Positions 1 to 9,838 of a DNA stretch of 64,000 nt are shown one piece after another. The position numbers and the translations under genes were made by a program. This stretch comes from Adineta vaga (taxonomy: Eukaryota; Animalia; Rotifera), in the NCBI GenBank assembly GCA_021613535.1, contig CP075495.1, positions 13,454,001 to 13,518,000 on the forward strand, in the 5' to 3' direction. Each line of letters begins with the position of its first letter. The first letter of the stretch is position 1. The notes beneath the pieces are model-generated. The model saw nothing but the letters and a program-made list of their open reading frames with translations, had not been told where the DNA came from and ran no database searches.

Positions 1-1855
1 GTTTCGGCATCTATAATAAAACGAAGAGATACGGAATACAATTTACGTTGAATTTCTCTGCAAAAAATATTGTGCATATGTTTGAAATATATTTAAAACA
101 AGGGAAACAAATAAGTAAACATTTGTTGAGCTATCCAAGGTTCTTCTTCTTCTCCTTCTTCGTTCTCGTCAAATGTTTGGCCAATTGGGATGAAGTTTTG
201 AAGGAAAACGATAAAATGACATCTATCAACAAGAGAAAACTGATTGATGAAAATTTCATCTTTCTTTCTTTACTTTGAATCATTTCGTATCGTTCTATAA
301 AAGTGGTAATTATTTCTATATGTACATAATCGAACTTAATGACCTTCAAAAATGATGTAGGCGCTTTTGTAATAGTAATTGGAAACGTCAATAAAAATCT
401 GAATTTTTCACTATAATGTCATTATTTTAATACCATGAATATTGATACTTATCGATCAAGATATGTATAACGTTGATTATCTGTTTGTTTGATTTTACTC
501 TGAAAATACAGACAGACGAACGAAAAGAATAAAAGCACAATAGTTTGTTTTCACGCACGTGTCTCCTTTGTTTTTCTTTTCCTCTACTATGTAAACTTAG
601 AACAGAATACACATTCACACAAAATATCTTTCATATTATATAGAAAGGCGTATCGTCGAGATTCACATTTACAAATAACAGAATATGATTTTTAAACGAC
701 TTTAAAAAAAAATACAATATAAAGAGAAAAAAACTAAAAAAGTCTAGTCTTTTAACAGGATTGTTGTTATGGATATAAGTGGCGTTCTATTTAAATAACC
801 AAACAAGATCAAGCAGACATGGTTGTAAGCAATACTTGTGAACGTTGACACAGACACATTGACAATGTTTTCCTCGGTCTTGTTGTCTTGCCTATTTTTC
901 CCTAGATTCGATCGCATATCTTGTGTCATGATCTGTAGTTGAACAGAAGAATTAGAAACTGAAATCTTTAACTTGAGAATGATACTCACTATATAAGCTC
1001 AATATGATCATAGTATTTGAGCTGTTTAGAAGAACTGAACATTCAAATTTGTTTTACTGTTCATAGTGGTCTCTTGTGTTTGTACGCAAGTTGTCTATGC
1101 TATTACATGTCATCCAATGGAAATAGTACTTGATCTGTCGTTTTATATCAATTCTCATAGCAAAATGAATTGGTTTTTTTGGATGTCTTTTATATGCTTA
1201 CAAGTTAGGTTCGACTTTTCCGATCAAAGTATCAGAAGAGACGTTTCAGGAAAAATTGTCATTAAATTCATTTCTTGTGTATAGATAAATGGAATCGTCT
1301 GATTATTCACTAACAGACATAAAGATAACATCATATGGTATATTTTGCAAGACGTATATCTTCAAAAGGATAAATTAAATCTCATCATATATTTTAATTT
1401 TAACAGCCATTTATTGCATTGTACAGAGATCAAAATTGATGTCTATAAAAATAAACATTGCATGCTGAACCGATCTGATTATGGAAATTTTAGTTCAGAG
1501 AGTAGGCAACGAAAAGATAAATAAACGAGACATTCGTCTGATTGTCCACACATCGTTCATATCTTAATTTATTAACTTAATTCATTGTAATAATAGTGAT
1601 AAATTACTTTTATTTGGTTTCGATGTAATACCGATATAGAAATCAACTGAACATAGAGCAGATTTCTTATGAACTCTTTTATTTACTTCTTTTCTTTCTT
1701 TTCCGTTTGGACATGTGCTTATCCCAATTTCACATATATACGCATCTTTGTAAAACAATAGACAGTGGCGACGTATATGTATATGTTAATTATCATTTGT
1801 TGTGGTAGTTTCAAATCGAATGATGACTCAGTAATCTCTTCTCTTCTATTGTATT

Positions 1856-1861
1856 GTAAGT
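1856..1861 (+). promoter_or_regulatory. Canonical 5' splice donor (GTAAGT) upstream of the UQCC2 start
   Basis: GTAAGT at 1856-1861. Candidate acceptors at 1890 (atacag) and 2291 (tttgtag). Confidence 0.45.
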
Positions 1862-1909
1862 AGAAATTCAGTTCAGTAATATTTATACAGCTTCTTTTTC
1901 CTAAAATAA

Positions 1910-2245
1910 ATGACACAACGTTCTGCATCACAACTCTATTTTGATTTAATTCGTCTATTTAAACAATGGCCAATTGATAAATCAAAAACAGGTCGTGATC
2001 TTGGTGAAAAATTACGTGAACAATTTTCGAAATCATTTGCACTTGGTGAAAATTCTCAAGTGAATGTCAACGAATGGAATCATTTTTACGATAATATGAA
2101 ATTACTAATATCCAATGATATTAAAAATCGTTATCCACGAGATCGTAATTGGACAGCATCGGGTTTAAGTCGTGAACAATTACGCTTTATACTTTCGAAT
2201 AAAAGTCTTCAAGCTAATAAAGATTTCATGAAAAAAATGAAATAA
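1910..2245 (+). CDS. UQCC2: Ubiquinol-cytochrome c reductase complex assembly factor 2 (intronless CDS, 111 aa)
   Basis: LF..WPID.SK.GRDLGE.LR, F..GENSQV and RYPR...SGLS.EQ...ILS match the UQCC2/MNF1 family pattern. AATAAA (2241-2246) overlaps the stop codon. Confidence 0.9.
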   Translation: MTQRSASQLYFDLIRLFKQWPIDKSKTGRDLGEKLREQFSKSFALGENSQVNVNEWNHFYDNMKLLISNDIKNRYPRDRNWTASGLSREQLRFILSNKSLQANKDFMKKMK

Positions 2246-2261
2246 AACAAAAAAAACAATT

Positions 2262-2291
2262 GCTTTTTGTTTTTCCTATTTTCCTTTGTAG
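2262..2291 (+). promoter_or_regulatory. Polypyrimidine tract and AG acceptor 3 nt before the urease ATG
   Basis: gctttttgtttttcctattttcctttgtag|atcATG. Confidence 0.7.
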
Positions 2292-2294
2292 ATC

Positions 2295-5200
2295 ATGCGA
2301 TTAACAGAACGGGAATTTGAAAATTTAAAAATTAGTTATGCTGGTCTTCTAGCACAAAAACGTCTTGCTCGTGGTGTACGTTTAAATTATCCTGAAGCAG
2401 TGGCACTTATATCTTCACAATGTCTAGAAATTATTCGTGATGGAAAATCAACGTTAACGGATATTCAACAAAAAGCAAAGAAAATGCTTGGAAAAAATAT
2501 GGTATTAAATGGTGTTCCACAAATGATAAAAGAAATTAATCTTGAAGCAACATTTCCAGATGGTGTGAAAATCGTATGTTTACTTTTGATTATCGATTGT
2601 TTTCATTTTCATATCATCTTTATCAAAGGTAATGATTCGAAATCCAATCTGTACGGATATGGGTGATTTAGAAATAGCTTTCTATGGAAGTTTTCTGCCA
2701 CTTCCATCGACCGATTTATTTCAGGTAAAGAAATTCAATGAATGAGAAAAAAATGATTTCATTTCTTTTGCTTTTTATTTATAGAAAGGAAATGATGCAG
2801 AATCAGGCCCTCATCCAGGTGAAATATTTCTAAAAGATACTCAACCAATTATCCTTAATGCTGATCGAGATAGTATATTTATTACTGTGACAAATGAAAG
2901 TAGTGAACTTATATCAGTTGGAAGTCATTATCATTTTGTTGAGACAAATAGACATTTAGCATTTGATCGAACACTTGCTTATGGAATGCGTCTAGTAAAG
3001 AACATAATTTATAAATCTTTCCAGCAAATTTATTTGTCGTTTTCATAGAATATTCCTGCAGGTGATATTTTAACATTTAATCCTGGCGAACAAAAAGAAG
3101 TTCCACTTATACCTATTGGTGGACAAAGGTAAATACTACAAATGAACTATGTGATTGCAAGGAATTAGTATCTTTCTATTTTATTTAGAATAATTCATGG
3201 TGGTAATGGACTCTTTGATGGCCCTGTGAATGATGAAAATTTGAAAAAAAATCAAAAAAATTTACGTAAAAATAATTTTCTACATGTTGATGAGAAAAAT
3301 AGTGTAGAAAAAGTGAATCGTATTTCAACAAAATATCCTCTTGCTCGAGATTTATATCTTGGTCGTTATGGACCAACTACAGGTGATCGAGTAAGTAGAT
3401 TTCGATTACATAATAATGAAGAAAAAAAAAAGATCTACTACTATTTATTTGATGTATACATAGATTTTACTTGGTGATACAAATTTAGTTGTACAAGTGG
3501 AAGTTGATTTAACAACTTATGGTGAAGAGTGTGCGTTTGGTTTAGGAAAAGTTAGTGAAGATTTGGTACTAGGGAAAAAATAATAAAAAGAGATCCTTTA
3601 GGTTTTAAGGGAAGGTATGGGTCAAGCATCAAATACACGAAATGATGTGGCATTAGATACAGTGATAACCAATGTTGTTATTATTGATGCTATTCTTGGT
3701 ATAATTAAAGCAGACGTTGGAATTAAAGTAAAATTATTGATTGAAATTTTGTGCTTTTCTATTCGATAATCAATTGTTTAGGATGGTGTCATTGCAGGTG
3801 TTGGAAAAGCTGGAAATCCTCAAACAATGTCTGGTGTTACTGCGGTATGTTGATAATATTTGCGATACTTGTACTATATAGATTACTACATTTTTAGGGT
3901 ATGATTATTGGTGTTGGAACTGAAGTAATTCAAGGTGAAAATCTAATCTTAACACCTGGTGGTATTGATCCTTGTGCTTATTTTACTTCTCCTGATGTGA
4001 TAACAGAAGCATTAATGAGTGGTGTAACAACAATGTTTGGTGGTGGCACAGGAATGAATGGTAGTGTAACAATGTCGACACCTGGTCCAAATCATATTAA
4101 ACATATGATTCAAGCAACAGATGATTATCCATTGAATTTTGGTTTCTATGGAAAAGGAAATACATCAAAACCAGAAGGTTTATCCAAAGAACTTGAAGAT
4201 CAAATTGTTGCTGGTGCCATTGGGTTTGTATTTATTTTTTCTAAAACTAAATGAAATGAATTTTTTGTTTAGTTTACGATTAGATGAACGATGGGGTGCA
4301 ACACCTTCAGCTATTGATACTTGTTTACGTGTTGCTGAATTTCATGATATTAGTGTACGTTGTTTTCTTTCTCATTTAAATAACCTTTCCTCACTTTACT
4401 TTTTCTTTCTTTCTTTAGGTTCACGCTGATTTAGATAGTTTACGAGAAGCTTACAGTTCTCCTGATGCTATTGGAATATTTCGTGATCGCGTAGTTTTAA
4501 TTCCATGTACAGAAACGGCTGCAGCTCGTGGTAATTTTTTTGATTTACTTCAACAACCAAATGTGATAATAACATCATGCAATAATAAAGCAGCTGTATA
4601 TCGTCAACCTGGGTAAAAATTTATTTTCAAAAATATTCCAATACATTTCTTAGGTTTCTTTTTTTTTGTAGAGAAAATCAAAAACAATTAGCTGTAGAAG
4701 ATTTTCTTCATGATATTGGAGCAATAAGTATTATTTCATCATCATCACAAGTAATAGCAGAATATTTTGTGAATATCATTAGTAAATTAGTTGTTTGATT
4801 TTTATAGTCAGGTGGTCATGTTGGTCGAATCGTACCACGAACATGGCAAATAGCTGATAAAATGAAAGCTATTACTGGTTATTTATCAGAAGATAAAGTA
4901 TGATAACTGATTGTTTTGAATCGACCGAAATAATCAATTAAATTTGTTCTTCTTTTTTTTCCGCGGATAGGAAAATTCAAATGACAATAATCGTGTTCGA
5001 CGTTATATAGCTAAATATACGATAAATCCAGCATTGACACATGGTTGTGCTCATGTTATTGGTTCTATTGAACAACATAAAATGGCTGATCTTGTACTAT
5101 GGCAACCAATGTTCTTTGGCGTTAAACCAGAAATAATCATTAAAGGTGGTCAAATCTCTTGGTCTCAATCTGGCATTGGTATCTATGCTGATATTCGACC

Positions 5201-5575
5201 AGAACCTATTTGTTTACGAAAAAAATTCGGTGCTGTTGGTCGAAGTCCTAATGCAAATTCTGTCGTATTTGTTTCTAAAGTAATTATTTGATTTGGAATC
5301 TTTATAATGTCAAACAAAACTTTCATTTGTTCATTAAGGCATGTGCAGAATTAAGTGCATCAAATTCATATGGTATATGTAAACATGTCGAAGCCGTCCA
5401 TGATATTCGTATGATTACACGTTTACAAATGATTCGAAATGACAATACACCAAAAGTTGATGTTGATCCAACAAGTGGTCAGATTACCGTTGAAAAAGAC
5501 GGAGAAAAAGTTGTGAATGAACCATTACCACTTGCTGCTCGTTTACCATTAGCTCAACGTTACTTTATGTTTTGA
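2295..5575 (+). CDS. Single-chain (gamma-beta-alpha fused, plant/fungal architecture) urease homologue with a degenerate active site; multi-exon
   Basis: Gamma: [21 protein letters not shown]...EATFPDG. Linker: YGSFLPLPS. Beta: [27 protein letters not shown]. Alpha: [56 protein letters not shown]. Hand-splicing across the short GT-AG introns keeps the frame open to the stop at 5575. Confidence 0.95.
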
Positions 5576-5753
5576 ATGTTCTTTGTATTTGTGTATTTGT
5601 TAATTCTAAAGCATAGATAACTAGTCAGGATAGAAAAATGTTCATTCCTATATATGTTGTTTTTATATGAAATTTTGCATCATATTCTCTCCTTTTTTTA
5701 ACGTTATTCCATCGTCAGATTTAATATGAATTCTTCTCCTCCAGATAGATAAG

Positions 5754-7406
5754 ATGAACGACGAGATAAAACATTTTCCAGAAAATGTTCAAAAACTATT
5801 AGCAGATGCACGAATACCAATTGAGCAATTGAAACCAATTTATTATGAATTAACCATTGGTGAACATTTTCCAGATGATTCTATTCGATTGATTGAAGTT
5901 AACAATACATTAATTGAAGAATTAGATAAGAATAAAAAGTAATGAATTCTTATCTGATGACTTAATGAAAGTTCAATATCATTTGAAACTATCTAGACTA
6001 GTCATTCGTGGTACACATGATGATTTTGCGACATTGTGTACATCAGAACAAGCTTTTGAACTGAAAACAGCTGAAACATCGAATACCTTATTACTTGCTA
6101 GTCCACTTGATTCATCGTTGGCAAATAAAGAAAATGGATGTGTTTCATTGAAAGTAATATCTTTTCGTATGTGAATTCAATTTTGAAATAACCAAAACAA
6201 GGTATTATTCAGGTCAATACAATTCTACATGCAAAATATGAATTAACTCCATCTGTACCGAAACTAAAACGAATACGTCAATTACTAGAAGAAAAACTAT
6301 ATCGAGGTCATTTTGATGATGATGAAGATACTTTTACACGAAAAGTATTTGCATGTTATGATTTTCTTCGAAATACTCATTTTTTTCTCCTATATAGATT
6401 ACATTAAATGATCTAAAAAATGAAGTACAAGCGAGTGATCAAGCTATCGATGTTTATTTGAAAAAACTCAATGTTATTACAGTCGATGGTTGGTGAATTT
6501 GTAATCTTTTATTTTCAAATATAATCATACTTTTTCAGGTCATCTACGTTTATTGGATTTCGATTTTCGTACTAAACTCATTGAATACATTTTTTCATTA
6601 ATATCAATTCATGATTGGTCAAACGAGAATATTCCAATTGATAAATGTGCTTCAGAAATGAAAGAAATGTGTCCAAAGTAAACAAAGAATAAAATATCTT
6701 TTGTTTTTCTTCAATAAAAGAATCGATGATTATAGATCTGTTGCCAAACAATTTCTCGAACAAATTGGTACAATTTCAACAGATGGTAAATCAATTTTTT
6801 CGGGATGAAAATGAAATTTTTTCGATTGAATCTATTTTCAAGGTAATTCCATTGCTTTGAATGCCAATACAATATCCATTCATTATGCATTAGATTTATT
6901 ACGAAACTTAGAAAAAGTAATAGTAAAAAAATTGTATATATAGAACGAAAATTGATTTTATTTTTGTATTAGATGAAATTATCTGAATTTATGACATGTT
7001 GGAGAGAATGTGTTCCAAGTGAATTTCCAATTAATTTAGAACAATTAATAGTAAGCAATTGCTCATACTTATTTGATTAAATTAAATAAGATTTTGCTTT
7101 CTATTAGGGATTTGTAATTCATTCTGAAGATACAATTGCTTACATTGATGTTGATGATCTCAGTGAAAAAGCGGATGAACGGTAATAGATTTATTGAATG
7201 AAAAACAAATAATATTAACAACTGTATTCTTTATTTTTAGAATTAAAACATTATTTTCTCGTAAGAATCTTTGGACATTATTAGAATTAGAACCATTCTT
7301 GTCAAATTTAACAACATCAAGTGCAGAATTCATTACTTTATTAGCAACACATACACGTAGTATTATGAAAGATGGACAGAAATATTATGTTCCTAAATAT
7401 AGTTAA
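5754..7406 (+). CDS. DSCC1: Sister chromatid cohesion protein DCC1; multi-exon
   Basis: LVIRG..DD.A.LCT....ELK.AETSNTLLL, VQASD, and C-terminal RI..LF....WTL.ELEPF motifs of Dcc1. Confidence 0.9.
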
Positions 7407-7540
7407 ATTCTTCTTTGTCAGATATTTAAATAGATAAAACAAATAAAAACAGATCTAAATTAACAAGATTTCTTTTTTTTCTTCAAATGATTTATTTAAA
7501 TATTACAAAATTGATTGATATAAAAATAAAAAATAAAATA

Positions 7541-8059
7541 TCATACATTAGATGGAATACGATAGAGTGGTTCACGTGGTGGTGGTCTTGTTGGCATTGG
7601 TACTGTATTATCGGTGGTCTTTGGCTCAACAGGTTTCCATTGTTCTTGATAAAGTGCTGCTAAACCATATGCACCTGCGCCAATAATTAATGATATAGCT
7701 GGTACAATTGTTGATATGAGAAAAAGACATGGTAAACTAAGTAAAATATATACAGCAAAACGAATAAAGTAATTTCGAGTCAATGCTCCTAATTTTGTCA
7801 ATAAAATCGATGGATATTGTTGTAAAGGTCGTGCTTTTGATTTTTTTACAATACGTCCACTACGTGGATATTCAATTAGAATAATAAATAAAGCAAGAAT
7901 AAATCCATAAATAGATATTTGCCATAATGAAAAGCGAAAAATCATTGTTAAAATACTGAATATTCCAAGAATATAACCGGTTATTAGCACATGTTCATTT
8001 GCCCACATGGCCCATTCAATTGTACTGGTAGGTAATACTGGTTTTGGCGATGTTGACAT
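7541..8059 (-). CDS. CYBA: Cytochrome b-245 light chain (p22phox), intronless CDS
   Basis: IEWAMWANE, IEYPR, RNYF.R, EQW.P and C-terminal Pro-rich PTRPPPR motifs are diagnostic of p22phox. Confidence 0.92.
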   Translation of the reverse strand: MSTSPKPVLPTSTIEWAMWANEHVLITGYILGIFSILTMIFRFSLWQISIYGFILALFIILIEYPRSGRIVKKSKARPLQQYPSILLTKLGALTRNYFIRFAVYILLSLPCLFLISTIVPAISLIIGAGAYGLAALYQEQWKPVEPKTTDNTVPMPTRPPPREPLYRIPSNV

Positions 8060-8208
8060 GCCTTTGTTGTTGTTGTTTTTTCTTCTTTTTCTATCTAAAA
8101 ATATTTCAATAGATATATTCAGACCAGATCAAAACGATTTACAACATTTAAAATGACTAGTTATCAAAAATAGAATACATTAGGACAGAAAGAAAAGAAA
8201 TTAAAATC

Positions 8209-9196
8209 TTATGATTGAATAGCTCGTAAATTTGTTTTTGGTGAAGCTATTTGTTGTTGTTCTTCACCATATGAAACAAAGAATTCTTTTAATGCAACAT
8301 ATTCTTTTAATCGTGCTGGTAATAATAATTGTGATGTTTTCTTCCATGTACGTTGCCCTAAACTTGTACGTATTCGAAGACGACATAATTCTTTCAGGTT
8401 TTTAACACGTGTAAATTCATTCCAAAGTATACGTTCAATTTCAGGATATTTAGCTAATTGTTTAGCAAGACATGGCGTTGAATAAAGTTCTTCGATATTT
8501 ATTGTACATCCACATTGTACAAGAAGTTTGATATTTTTCAAATTTTCATTCAATATTGCTAACATTAATGCATTGAAACCTATGTTTTTGAACAAAAAGA
8601 AAGAAATAGTACGAACAAGAGTCCATTTCTTACCATCTCGATCACGATTATTTAAATCACAACCATGTTTAACAAGTACTCGTAAAACTTCGTCATGATT
8701 TCTAGCAGCAGCAACATGTAAAGCAGTCCAACTTCGTGTACATTCATTTAAATCACAACCTCCTTCAATAAGCATTTCTGTTAATGTAGAATTATTTCCA
8801 CATGCCGAAACAAATAGTATAGTTTCATTGAATTGATTACGTCCTTTATATTCAATACCAGCTTTTAAGAACATAGTAGCGATATCTTTATGACATTTCC
8901 ATACCGCTAAAAAACAAATAAACAAACATTTTTTTTGTAAAAAATTCATTTGAATTATTATAATTACCAAGATCAAATGCTCGTGCTGTTCGTTTATCTC
9001 TTGGTACACAACCACGACTGAGTAAAAGTTCCACCACTTCAGTTAAATTATATAATGTTGCGAGTTCAAGAGATTTAAAATCATTTTTAATAAAATCTGA
9101 ATCACTATTATAGATAATTTGTTTGATTTTCTTCACATCTTTACGACGGATTGCTTCATGTAAACATTCACGTTTCACTGAATGATGATTACCCAT
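8209..9196 (-). CDS. Ankyrin repeat and SOCS box protein (ASB-like); 3 exons; possible N-myristoylation (MGNHHS)
   Basis: Ankyrin repeats (TALHVAA..NH.EVLRVLVKHGCDLN). C-terminal SOCS box LKELCRLRIR...LLLPARLKEY. Two short introns join ORFs 8888..9196 and 8209..9015. Confidence 0.85.
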
Positions 9197-9838
9197 GGAT
9201 TACTGTTTTGAAGAGATTGCCAAAGAAAAACAAGAAGATCTTATCAATTAAATAGAATATTGATGTTCGTTTTTTGAATTTAGTGTCGAATTCATAATCA
9301 ATATCCAGAAAAAAACATTCACTCTTGTTATACTCTAATTGAATTTTTTTTCTTGTCTATTGCGAACGAACGATATGAGACGATGATGATTTATCATTAT
9401 CATATTGTTGACATTTCAATATTGAACGAATGAGAATTATTCCATGAGATGTCAGACAATATCGGTCTACTATTCCATATTCCATAATTGAATATAGCAC
9501 TACATAAATAGATTTCAAAAATATATTAAAAGAAAGTTTTAATTACATTAATTGTTCATATCTCAACTCATAAAACTTGTTATCTTTTATACATATAGAA
9601 TGATCCAAATCATTGTCAAGATTTTTATTACTTTCTCATATCGTCAAGATAATCTATATATATACAAACACACACGCACACACATATGTACATGAACTCG
9701 AATAAGAAATCTGACTGAAGCAATAGATTATACACACACACACACACACACAAGTACAAAATGAAAAATAAAAAACTAACATAATCGCAAAACTCTGCAC
9801 ATAGAAAGAAATACTAATTGTTTTCTTTGTTTTTATTT

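Noticed and set aside
1-1400. Exon-like fragments on the minus strand and a stop-riddled frame at ~750-1350
   Set aside because: Splice-like signals are present, but I could not build a consistent reading frame or recognise a family. It may be the UTR or start of a gene outside the window, or decayed sequence.
2295-5575. Urease as bacterial contamination or a simple pseudogene
   Set aside because: It has many spliceosomal introns, host-like composition, flanking metazoan genes and no nonsense or frameshift lesions. The damage is concentrated on active-site positions.
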